From assembly GCA_002269645.1 (NCBI GenBank), contig NIVC01000064.1, positions 434,001 through 498,000 of the forward strand: DNA of 64,000 nucleotides, written 5' to 3'. Below the pieces are notes generated by a model that was not told the origin of the DNA, made no database searches, and saw nothing but the letters and a program-made list of their open reading frames with translations. Position 1 is the stretch's first letter, and each line of letters opens with the position of its first letter. Shown here in pieces: positions 49,597-60,700 of this stretch. The translations under genes were made by a program, and so were the position numbers. Source of the DNA: Macrostomum lignano. Lineage: Eukaryota.

Positions 49597-50502
49597 ATGA
49601 CGGACAGTGCAAGCAACAATTCCGCTCCTACACCACCTACAACCACGCAAGCCGCACCAAGTTCGGCCGCACCAGTGGTTACACATGCAGTAGGAAACGC
49701 CGCCGACACCGCTTCAGTCTCCCTGGCTCACCTGAAGCTGCCAATCTTCTATCGCAACAACCCGGAAGCATGGTTCCTCACGCTGGAGGCCCAGTTTATG
49801 CTCAACAGGGTGACCAACGAGACCGCCAAATTTTACCACCTAGTCTCTCATCTACCGGAGGATATCGCGGCTCTGCACTTGTCCGCCCAGACTCCAAAAC
49901 AGTATGAACAACTGAAAACAGCGATTACATCGACTCTGCAAAAGTCCAAGCAGGAGAAGGTTTCGGAAGTATTGCAAGTCTCGGACCTCGGAGGAGACAA
50001 GCCATCAATCTTCATGCGCAAACTCCGGAGCAAGATGGAGCAGTGCCAGATACAGCCCGACGAGGAACTCCTCAAGGCCACTCTGATGCGCTGTCTTCCA
50101 CAGGACCTTCGTATCGCACTGTCGGGATTCCAACAGCAGTCATCCCAGCAAATTTCCGAGATTGCTGACTCGATGTTGGTCGTCAGAGGCCTTAGCTCTC
50201 CATCGCCAGCGACAGTTTGCCCAATTCAGCAGGCCGGTGCAGATCGGACACCCCAACAGCGCTTTGAGCAAGCTCCACACCGACAAGCACCTGGTAAGCC
50301 CACTGGAACAGACCCATTTAAGCCTGGCCAACGCCCCGTCGTTTGCCGCTCACACCTCTACTATGGCCGCCGTGCTCGGTCGTGTCGCCCCTGGTGCCAG
50401 TTTCCCAAGGACAGCTCGCGTCCGATCCGAGTGCTGCATCCCAATGAAAAAACGCCATCTCAGTCGCGTTCATCATCACCTTCTCGACAGCCGGAAAACT
50501 AA
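49597..50502 (+). CDS. gag: Gypsy gag
   Basis: PEAWFLTLEAQF...TAKFYHLV and LGGDKPSIFMRKL motifs typical of CsRn1-type gag; C-H-C pattern CRSHLYYGRRARSCRPWC. Confidence 0.9.
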   Translation: MTDSASNNSAPTPPTTTQAAPSSAAPVVTHAVGNAADTASVSLAHLKLPIFYRNNPEAWFLTLEAQFMLNRVTNETAKFYHLVSHLPEDIAALHLSAQTPKQYEQLKTAITSTLQKSKQEKVSEVLQVSDLGGDKPSIFMRKLRSKMEQCQIQPDEELLKATLMRCLPQDLRIALSGFQQQSSQQISEIADSMLVVRGLSSPSPATVCPIQQAGADRTPQQRFEQAPHRQAPGKPTGTDPFKPGQRPVVCRSHLYYGRRARSCRPWCQFPKDSSRPIRVLHPNEKTPSQSRSSSPSRQPEN

Positions 50503-53500
50503 GTCGCACTGCAACCGAGGTCGCGGTGCGCAGTGCCGAGATACCATCGACCACCTGTTTGGAGTTAGATGTTAAAATCAACAATACCTACAGCAAGTTT
50601 CTTGTGGATACCAGAGCCTCGGTTTCCATTGTTCCACCTCACCTCGTTAACGCACTCGTTCAAGATGCAAACGTTCGTTTAATTACTGCTACCGGAGCCG
50701 CCATACCAGTTCGCGGGTCGGTCTTACTGGATGTCTCAATCCGCGGTTTGCGTCGCGCCTTCCAGTGGACCTTCCTCGTGGCGTCAGTGGTGAAACCCAT
50801 AATTGGTTACGATTTCTTGGCTCACCATGGGTTAGTTGTCGATTGTCAGCGCAAACACGTTCGAGACTCAGAAACAGGACTGTCTACTGTTACCTTGTCA
50901 ATTTCAAATGTTCATTGTGGCCCGTTTACTGTGTCGGTAGAACTGCCACCCAACCTGGATTCTCGGACAAGTACGCTGTTGACAAAGTTTGCAGATTGTT
51001 TTTCTTTCGTTGAAGGCGGAGCCCTTCCGCCAGCTTCAGAGGTCAAGCACGACACTGTTTACCTGCTAGACACTGGCAGTGGACAACCGGTTCACTTGCG
51101 ACCCCGGCAACTGCACCCTGCAGAACTACAGGCTGCAAAGCAGGAGTTTCAGCAGCTAATCGATGCTGGCTACCTCAGACCTTCCTCAAGCGCTTGGGCA
51201 TCACCCCTCCACATGGCACCCAAGGGAGCTGGCTGGCGTCCGTGCGGTGACTATCGCGAATTGAACAAACGAACAAAGCCGGACAACTATCCGGTTCCAC
51301 ACATTCAAACCTTCACTCGGTACCTACACGAAGCACTGTGTTTTCAAAGTTAGACCTTGTTCGCGCCTTTCATCAAAATCCAGTCGCCGAAGAGGATATT
51401 TGCAAAACCGCTATCACCACACCGTTTGGATTGTTCGAGTACACACGCATGCCCTTCGGCCTGAGGAATGCAGCACAAACATTTCAACGCTTCATCGACT
51501 CTGTTTTTCACGGACTGTCATTCGTCATCTCTTACATCGATGATGTCCTGATATTCTCAAAGACTCGTGAGGACCACTACTCACATTTGGAACAAGTTTT
51601 GGACCGCCTAAGAACACACGGCCTGCAGGTTCATTTGAAGAAGTGCGAATTCTTTCAGTCCGAGGTAGATTTCCTTGGCCATCGCATGACTCCTGAAGGA
51701 ATAAAACCTCTCCAGAAGAAGATCCAAATAATCACTGACTGGCCGACACCCACGGATTCGAACGCACTTCGGCGCTTCCTCGGTGTCGTCGGTTTCTACC
51801 GTCGATTCGTTCCCAACTTTGCCGACCGCATCTGTCCGCTGCAAGACCTACTCACTGCATCACTACAGTCAGCAGGAAACTTCCAATGGACGGAGCAGCA
51901 TCAGAAATCTTTCGAAAACATCAAACAAGCTCTCTCAGAGAGACTACTGCTGCATCATCCGGACCCCAACTGTACTGCGTACCACCTGTACACTGATGCC
52001 TCAGCCGACTGTGTTGGTGCCGTTCTGCATCAAACCTCTTCAACCGGAACGTCACCTCTTGGCATGTTCAGCAAGAAGTTGTCGTCATCTCAAAGGATGT
52101 ACAGCACGTTCGACCGAGAACTACTCGCGGCGTACCTGGCAGTGTTGCACTTCCGCAGCCTCATTGAAGGACTGAGCGTGACCTTGTTCACCGATCATAA
52201 ACCACTAGCTCAGGCCTTCCACGCCAATCGCACCACTACGTCAGATCGCAATCAGCGCTACTTGACCGTCTTGTCCGAGTACGTGGCAGATTTCCAGTAC
52301 ATTCGCGGTGCAGACAACGTAATAGCTGATGCCCTTTCTCGACTGCCTGACTTCCCAGTGAATGATCACGTGTCCAACATCGCAACAGTCGCTGTAGTCG
52401 CTGCCCCATCAAGCCAATTCCATGTTGATTTGCCCAGTATCGCTGAAGCACAACGACCGGAGTCGTTCTCACCTGCACCAAATATTCGATCGTATTCTCT
52501 GGACAAAGACGTCGTCGTTTGGTGTGAGACGTCAACGCCGTATCCTCGCCCGATCATTCCGCCGTCCCTCCGCGACGCCGTGATTGCCTCCTTCCATCGA
52601 CTTGGTCATTTCGGCTACCGTAAAACAGCAAAACTCATCACAGAACGTTACTTTTGGCCCGGAATGCGCAAGTCCATCAAGACCTACTGCTGGAACTGCC
52701 AGGACTGCCAACGGAGTAAAGTCACTCGCCACACTGTCTCCCCGCAACAGGCCTTCGCACTACCATCAAATCGCTTTGAGGCGGTACACATCGATATTGT
52801 GGGACCACTTCCACCAGCTAATGCTACCACCTTTGGCCACCAGTCTGCCCGCTACCTTCTCACGATGGTCGACCGCTCGACTGGCTGGCTAGAAGCTACA
52901 CCACTGGAATCAATAACCGCGGAAGTAGTCGCCCATGCATTCGTCTCGTCTTGGGTCTCGCGCTACGGAGTGCCACTGTATGTAATCACTGATCGGGGGC
53001 GCCAGTTCGAATCAGAATTCTTTCACTCGGTCTCGTCATCAATTGGTTTTCATCGATTACGCACAACGGCCTACCACCCTCAAACCAATGGCAAGGTCGA
53101 GCGAGCCCATCGCACCCTGAAGACGATGCTATGTGCTCGAGGCAATGACTGGCTGACAGACCTACCTGTGGCTCTCCTCGCGATGCACGTCGCACCTGAC
53201 GACCAAGGAATATCACCGTTCACCAGGGTTACCGGCGAGCTTCCGATGGTTCCGCGCATTCTAACTTCTGAACCACTCGCCCCAACGGACATTCGGACAC
53301 GGCTGCAGGAACTGCTGACAGAGTTACCGAGTCCACACGCGAAGACGCACGAACCACGGAGCTACGTACCCAAGGACCTGGAAATGGCTGAATTCGTCTG
53401 GGTTCGGGTCGATCGCGTGCGGTCGCCGCTCGAGGCGCCGTACTCAGGGCCGTATCGCGTGAAACAGCGAACTGACAAGTTCTTCGTTATTTTCCTACCG

Positions 53501-53704
53501 TCAGGCAACACCGAATCTGTCTCTATCGATCGCCTCAAGCCGGCGCGACTTTCGCTTCCGAAGTCGGCTGTTCAGCCTGCCGCGAACTCGCTGCCGGAAA
53601 AAGCCGCCAAACCAGAGGAACCGGTGGACTCATCACCTCCTAGAGCGACCTCTAGCGGCCGCCGAGTCCAATTCCGACGCCATAATGATTACATTTATTA
53701 TTAA
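50500..53704 (+). pseudogene. pol: Gypsy pol (PR, RT, RNase H, integrase) with a frameshift near 51335-51345 and a DTG-to-DTR protease change
   Basis: FLVDTRASVS; [11 protein letters not shown]; [14 protein letters not shown]; YIDD; LYTDAS; HRLGHFG...CWNCQDCQ; [24 protein letters not shown]; PYSGPYRV. Confidence 0.9.
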
Positions 53705-55111
53705 CCTTGTAATGTATAACGTCTACTAACTGCTGTTCCAATGTTCTCAATATTTCTCAATGTTCAACCCCTCATATAAAATTTAGCTCGTATTTCAACT
53801 GTATAACCGCTTCGTTTCAATAATTTAAGCCATTCCACCATTTTATAATTCAGTTACAGTCTCTTTTCCCCGTGCTCCGCAATTGGAGGGGGGAGTCGTA
53901 TGGGTATTTTGTTGTACTCTTTATTTGCAACTCAGTTTGTCCTAAATTACCATAGACTAATTTCCTTTTACAGTTCTTTCTCGCAGTTTAGTTTCGCCCC
54001 AAGCCTTCTCGTCTTTAACTCATAAAATATATTGCAATTCAAATCTAAGTTAAGTTGTAGTTTCACTACAACATCATATACTTTGTAAGTCACCCTAAGT
54101 AACTTGACAACGACATCATATACTTTGTAAGTCAACCTAAGTAACTTGACAACGACATCATATACTTTGTAAGTCGCCCTAAGCAACTTGACAACGACAT
54201 CATATGCTTTGTAAGTCACCCTAAGTAACTTGACAACGACATCATATACTTTGTAAGTCACCCTAAGTAACTTGACAACGACATCATATGCTTTGTAAGT
54301 CACCCTAAGTAACTTGACAACGACATCATATGCTTTGTAAGTCACCCTAAGTAACTTGACAACGACATCATATGCTTTGTAAGTCACCCTAAGTAACTTG
54401 ACAACGACATCATATACTTTGTAAGTCACCCTAAGTAACTTGACAACGACATCATATACTTTGTAAGTCAACCTAAGTAACTTGACAACGACATCATATA
54501 CTTTGTAAGTCAACCTAAGTAACTTGACAACGACCAAAGTCCTTGGCTGTTCAGTCCAAGGACTGGGGGAGGGGGGGGGTCGCCACACACACCCTCAATT
54601 ACCCCAGCTAATGCTGGCACCCACTTTACAGCTGGGTGAGCTGAAGCAATGCGGAGTTGTGTACCACAGGTACCACAGAAAGAAAAGATACGCTCGTAGG
54701 GTTTAAGCTTTGCTTTGATCTTTTATTTAAAATCTTTATTGTATTATTTGCGTGGGTATGAAAGAGGAGGTCAGATGTTTAATTCTGGAATAATAGCTCT
54801 GCAATTTAAGCAGTCAACTCACTCAAGGACCACTAGCACTATATCAGAACGCTACACTCAAATATCGTATAATTTTTCTAAAAAAAATGTCTTCGTAACA
54901 GGACATTGGTTGGTATAAGAAAGCGTGAAACCCAGCTTTTGCATGTACCGCAGTTCCACCAAAGTTTAAAAATTGGTTCAGAATTTTGTTTGAATAAGTT
55001 AATTGAAAAAAGTTGCGAAGAAGTTTTCTGTCATCTGTCATTCTTTCGCTGTTGTATGGAGTTCTGACGTCTTACTCCAGCCGTGATGCATCTTGCCGGA
55101 TTGTTAAATGA

Positions 55112-55846
55112 TCAATTGAATGGCGACAGGCACTCGCACAGCACCGCGGAAAGCAAATAACTGTTTTCGCTGATGTCGACCAGCTTGTTTTTCCCTGGAT
55201 AGCGAGCCACGACATTTTCGTTTCCGCCGTTGTCAGGCTCTCTGTAGGCCCAGACTATCCAGCCGTCCAGGGTAATGTTGCAGACTTCCCAGTACCAGCC
55301 TCCGGCGGGCTCAACGCTTCCGGCGGGCTGAAATCCTCCGAGGAAGAAGGGCTGCGACGGGCTGCGCACATCGTTAATATAGTCTACGTGGCTCATCTCG
55401 GTGGCGTCCATCACATCGGCCATGATCACCAGACCGCCCTCCGACTCACACTTCTGTTTGCCATGTCTCCATGGTCCAATTCCGAAGTGCACCTTGTACT
55501 TCACTCCGCACAGGTCGTCTTCGTAGTTAGACGGACACAGCGCGCCCAGCTCGAGTCCGGGCTGCTGCTTCAAGAACAGCTGGCCTCTCCTGGAGCAGCC
55601 GCAGTCCCTCACCGACTTGCTGCACTTGTCGAACACGAACAGCTGGCACGGACCGTCAGCCAGGCTGAACGCCTGACAGCGCGGGTCGCGGTTGCACAGA
55701 GCAGCGCAAACAATCTTGGACTTTTGGCCAGGAAAGGTTTTAACGTAGTTACTTTTGATGCACAGAAATCCTTCGATTTGTTTGTAGGAATCATGCGATT
55801 GACAGGTGATCTGCGCGATCAGTACAATTAGGATTGATAGCCTCAT
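55112..55846 (-). CDS. Secreted PAN/apple + C-type lectin domain protein, copy 1, intronless, 244 aa
   Basis: Signal-peptide-like N-terminus; CAALCNRDPRCQAFSL..GPCQLF (PAN); W...KQKCESEGG, FFLGG, WYW, W..REPDNGGNEN, VLCEC (CTLD). Confidence 0.88.
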   Translation of the reverse strand: MRLSILIVLIAQITCQSHDSYKQIEGFLCIKSNYVKTFPGQKSKIVCAALCNRDPRCQAFSLADGPCQLFVFDKCSKSVRDCGCSRRGQLFLKQQPGLELGALCPSNYEDDLCGVKYKVHFGIGPWRHGKQKCESEGGLVIMADVMDATEMSHVDYINDVRSPSQPFFLGGFQPAGSVEPAGGWYWEVCNITLDGWIVWAYREPDNGGNENVVARYPGKNKLVDISENSYLLSAVLCECLSPFN

Positions 55847-58334
55847 GCTGCTTTTTTTATTTCAAGAAGTAGTTCTAGAATCGACTGAAGCTCGTCTTCC
55901 CCTTGTGAAATCGAATTGATAGCGTTGGCGCTTCTTGCTGACGTTTATAGAAGAGTCAAATTTCACTCAAATTCCCTATATTTATGCCCACCCAGCAGGC
56001 TATTGCGGAATTCGATGCAGCCGAAGGAACGATCGCGCATATCGAATCGCTTGAATGCGGACCAAGGATTCGTCTAGAATGGCGTCTAAGGGAAAACTGC
56101 TTGAATAGATAACACGGTTGGCTACGAATGAATCAGCTAGGGGCTTTGCATGGCTCCTGTAGTGCTGAATTTTTTGTCTTTGATTCAATTTCGCCTCTCA
56201 ACCGTTTGTAAATTGCTGAATAATTTTTTCATACGCTATCCTAGAGAATAATTTTTGACGCTTTGGCAGTTAATCACAGCTGCTAAAATATACTGATACG
56301 AAATGCGACTGTAGAAAACCATGTTCAATATATGCTAACAGAATCTATTGAGACAACTGGAAAGAGACGTGAGAGAGATCGATACTTGTGTATTTGTTTA
56401 TACGTATAATGCAAAAGCGTCGATTCAGCTGTAGCCAAGGCAACCACTCAATCGTATTTCGAGTCTCTCGATCATTAACAAAGACAGCTATGTCTAGAAC
56501 TGAAACCGCTGTGTTGAAGATAAAAAATGATTTCAATGCCGTATTTTTTATTTCCAAAATTCCATAGTGATCACCGCGCTTACTGGTGAAAATTGGTCCC
56601 CTATGAAATTCACGAGTCGAACGAATGATGGAATTTTCCTTTCAGAAATCGAATTTTTTCCTACACATCTCAAGGGCTACCCAAGTAGAAGGACGGGAAA
56701 ATTTAATTTCTTTTGATAGTGAGCTGAATGTTCATCTTTTGACATCCACCAAAATATGTTATAATTCTATCGTACTTACTCTCAGTAGTGATCCTCGCTG
56801 AAGTATAATAATAAAAAGGCTTCAATTTTATGGACTTTATGAAAAAGCCTATACAATATTGTTTTATTCATTAAGATCACAGATACTAAAATAACTAGAT
56901 GGGCCACTCAGGCATAGTAAAACTGCTTTCTACTTTCAGTTCAGTAGCAAAGAAGAATACTATAGCTATTTTATAAAAATAAAGGCGGCTGAAACGACTG
57001 ATAAGTTTAGAAGCCCAAAGCTTGCAGGCGTAAACAGCTTGCTAATTGGTTCAGCAATAATGTACATTGGCCAGTCCACTGAAATGTACATGGCAGCTTT
57101 AGGCTGGAATTTCGAGAAAGGCAATAAAAATTTGGGCGGGGCGGGGGGTAGTGTGGAAAGGCGCGGTTGAAGGGTTTAAGCGAGGGGAGTAAGAGCCAAT
57201 AAATGAGCCTTGGCTTTAAAAATGAATTAAAATGCTTCGGTTTAACTTACTACTGAACTGAGAGTAGCTTACATGCAAATTTGCAGAGTGGCCCATCTGG
57301 TTATTCTAGTATCTGTGATTAAGATTCATAAAACGAATGAGTTGAACTTAGCATTTTTACTATTTTTAGGCACAGGAAATGTACGTAGGATATAAAATTG
57401 ATTTTTATAAACAGGAAGCTCTACGAAAGTGCTATAAGAAAGGCAATTGACTTATCAAAAGATGAACATAGGGAAATGACAACTTTTATGCTGAAAAATG
57501 AAAACCTACATTCTCTATAACGTATTTTTTAGTAAGCCTGCCTCCTAAATATTTCCAAGAAACGTACTTTCCCGTCCTACTATAGCTACTTAAGCAGTCC
57601 TTGGGTCAACTACAATTGGAATGCATGCGCAGCCCTAATCAAGAAGCTCCACCCAACAGCAACTAGCAGAGATGACAGACTGAACTTTACAGGCCACTAA
57701 AAAGTTCAGATCTCGTGGCAGATCCATGTAAATCCTTTTTGACGTTCTTGTTAAATCCTTTTTGGCGGCCCTTTGACGTTCTAATCGTCAGGCATGTACA
57801 CTGTCTGTGCCCTGGGGATTGGAGCATATATTCGCCGGCGAGAGATCCGTCGGGGTACGTCCGAATGTTGGACTAGCTGGAACGAATGCAGGTTCGAACG
57901 ACAAACCCACTAGCTTTTGGGTTTGTGATGCCGCGTTGTAGGATGCTTTGAAGAATTTGGAACTGTCTGTCTTTCTACCTCAAACTACAATTATGGAGTC
58001 TACAATATTGCTTGACTAAATGATCTTCAGCTAGGTATTATAGATGCATTTTCTGTATTCATGCACATAGCTTACTAAAAGCCCCAGCTGATTAATGGAT
58101 CGGAGTTAGACATCAAAAGAAAGTTAGAAAGCCGCAAAGCATGCATAAAGCATAGCATTTGGCTTTGTATGTAGAGTAGATTATAGCTGAAACATTAGCT
58201 GTGTATAACCAAGTACCCGCAGCTGCTACTTAATAGCTATGAGTTACGTTGAAAATAAAAGATTCTAATAGCTATTTGAAAATACGTGACTAAATCCCTA
58301 CATGTACATTAGATTATCAAACGGTGTTGTTAGC

Positions 58335-59408
58335 ACTCATTTTGGCGCCGCAGGCAGGCACTTATTTTGGCGCCACAGGCATGCACTCATTTTGGCGCCA
58401 CAGGCAGGCACTCATTTTGGCGCCACAGGCACTCATTTTGGCGCCGCAGGCAGGCACTCATTTTGGCGCCACAGGCACTCATTTTGGCGCCGCAGGCAGG
58501 CACTCATTTTGGCGCCACAGGCAAGCACTCATTTTGGCGCCGCAGACAGGCACTCATTTTGGCGCCACAGGCATGCACTCATTTTGGCGCCACAGGCAGG
58601 CACTCATTTTGGCGCCACAGGCACTCATTTTGGCGCCACAGGCAGGCACTCATTTTGGCGCCACAGGCAGGCACTCATTTTGGCGCCACAGGCACTCATT
58701 TTGGCGCCACAGGCACTCATTTTGGCGCCACAGGCAGGCACTCATTTTGGCGCCACAGGCAGGCACTCATTTTGGCGCCGCAGGCAGGCACTCATTTTGG
58801 CGCCACAGGCATGCACTCATTTTGGCGCCACAGGCAGGCACTCATTTTGGCGCCACAGGCACTCATTTTGGCGCCACAGGCAGGCACTCATTTTGGCGCC
58901 ACAGGCAGGCACTCATTTTGGCGCCACAGGCACTCATTTTGGCGCCACAGGCATGCACTCATTTTGGCGCCACAGGCAGGCACTCATTTTGGTGCCACAG
59001 GCACTCATTTTGGCGCCACAGGCATGCACTCATTTTGGCGCCACAGGCACTCATTTTGGCGCCGCAGGCATGCACTCATTTTGGAGCCACAGGCATGCAC
59101 TCATTTTGGCGCCGCAGGCAGGCACTCATTTTGGCGCCGCAGGCAGGCACTCATTTTGGCGCCACAGGCAGGCACTCATTTTGGCGCCACAGGCATGCAC
59201 TCATTTTGGCGCCACAGGCAGGCACTCATTTTGGCGCCACAGGCAGGCACTCATTTTGGCGCCGCAGGCAGGCACTCATTTTGGCGCCACAGGCATGCAC
59301 TCATTTTGGCGCCACAGGCAGGCACTCATTTTGGCGCCACAGGCAGGCACTCATTTTGGCGCCACAGGCAGGCACTCATTTTGGCGCCGCAGGCAGGCAC
59401 TCATTTTT
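58335..59408. repeat. Minisatellite, 21-25 bp units (cactcattttggcgccacaggcagg)
   Basis: Tandem copies with variable gcag/catg spacers. Confidence 0.95.
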
Positions 59409-59944
59409 TGTGATTTCCACAAAATCTGGATTCGTATCCGCGAAAAAAATCACTCCAACAAATTTACATTTTCAAACTGTTTGCAGTTTTATCAAAGCTT
59501 CTTGAAATCCTAAGAAGATATTTAACAAAATTAACGCTTATAACTTGTAGCTATCATATTTATTTATAATTAACAAGTTTTTTCTATAAATTTCAGAGGT
59601 TTGGTAATTACACATATAATATTCATGCATTCGAATTTGTTTTCATACGAGTAGCTATAGTGTTTTGTTATAATAACAGTATAATTTAAATAATTGTTCA
59701 GAAAAGAAAGGAATAGGACGTTTAAAGCAAATTTTTGCGACATTAAGGAACATTTTAGTATAAGGAAAACGAAAATTGTAAATTATATCGACCATTCGTA
59801 CGAAAAATCTCATAAACAGTTATTTAAGAAAGTACCAACCAGCTGCTGTCTTCCCTATGGACTTATTTTTCGTTTTACGAGCGTAGAATTCTGACGTCTT
59901 AATACTCCGACTTGAAAAGACCGAATTCCCGGATGTTCACGTGG

Positions 59945-60700
59945 TCAGTTGAATGGCGACAAGCACTCGCACAGCACTGCTGGAATGGAAATACTGCCTT
60001 CGTGCAGGTCAGTCAGCTTTTTTATGGGGTGGAAACGACCCAAAACATTTTCTTTGCCATTTGCATTGTCAGGTTGGACAACGCCCCACAGGCTGGCGTC
60101 AACGGAGATGTTGCAGGCGACCCAGTACCAGCCGCTTGCTGGCTCTGCGCTGCCAGCTAGCTGGATACCGCCCAGCCAGAATGATTTGGTCGCGCTATTG
60201 TAGATCGATTCGACGTGGCTCATCTCGGCAGCGTCCACCACATCCGCCATGATCACCAGACCGCCCTCCGACTCGCACAGGCGTCTGCTTGGTCCCCATA
60301 AATCGTTATTAAAGTGCAGCTTGTACTTCACTCCGCACAGGTCGTCTTCGTAGCCAGACGGACACAGCGCGCCCGGCTCGAGTCTCGGCTGCTGCTTCAC
60401 AAACACCCGGCCTCTCCTGGAGCAGCCGCAGTCCCTCACCGACTTGCTGCACTTGTCGAACACGAACAGCTGGCACGGACCGTCAGCCAGGCTGAACGCC
60501 TGACAGCGCGGGTCGCTGCTGCACCAGAAAGCGCAGCCGGTCATCGAGGAAACCCCAGAGAGCCTCCGAACGAACTGGGTGTTGATGCAGAGGCTGCCAT
60601 TGATGCTCGAGTACGAAGCGACGTCAGCTGCCTGAACTACCTTCAGCAAGAAGAGGAAAATGCAGAGTAGCTGATCGTTGCTGAGCTTTGATGGCGACAT
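59945..60700 (-). CDS. Secreted PAN/apple + C-type lectin domain protein, copy 2, intronless, 251 aa
   Basis: Paralogue of 55112-55846; CAFWCSSDPRCQAFSL; FWLGG, WYW, QPDNANGKEN, VLCEC. Confidence 0.88.
   Translation of the reverse strand: MSPSKLSNDQLLCIFLFLLKVVQAADVASYSSINGSLCINTQFVRRLSGVSSMTGCAFWCSSDPRCQAFSLADGPCQLFVFDKCSKSVRDCGCSRRGRVFVKQQPRLEPGALCPSGYEDDLCGVKYKLHFNNDLWGPSRRLCESEGGLVIMADVVDAAEMSHVESIYNSATKSFWLGGIQLAGSAEPASGWYWVACNISVDASLWGVVQPDNANGKENVLGRFHPIKKLTDLHEGSISIPAVLCECLSPFN

Larger units (their letters stand above)
49360..54070 (+). mobile_element. Full-length Ty3/Gypsy LTR retrotransposon, CsRn1-like, carrying inactivating lesions
   Basis: 172-bp LTRs at 49360-49531 and 53899-54070 with 5 mismatches; TSD ACAT; PBS-like TGGTCCGGTGAGG after the 5' LTR; polypurine tract 53885-53895; gag then PR-RT-RH-IN order. 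Confidence 0.95.
49237..54535. repeat. 42 bp minisatellite (gacaacgacatcatatactttgtaagtcaccctaagtaactt), split by the Gypsy insertion
   Basis: Arrays at 49237-49359 and 54071-54535 continue in register. Confidence 0.92.

Noticed and set aside
57780-57900. Possible fibrinogen-domain-like remnant on the minus strand (NIRTYPDGSLAGEYMLQSPG)
   Set aside because: Short, preceded by a stop codon, with no downstream FReD motifs; could be chance.
58302-59513. Three ~350-400 aa ORFs
   Set aside because: All three frames of a stop-free minisatellite.
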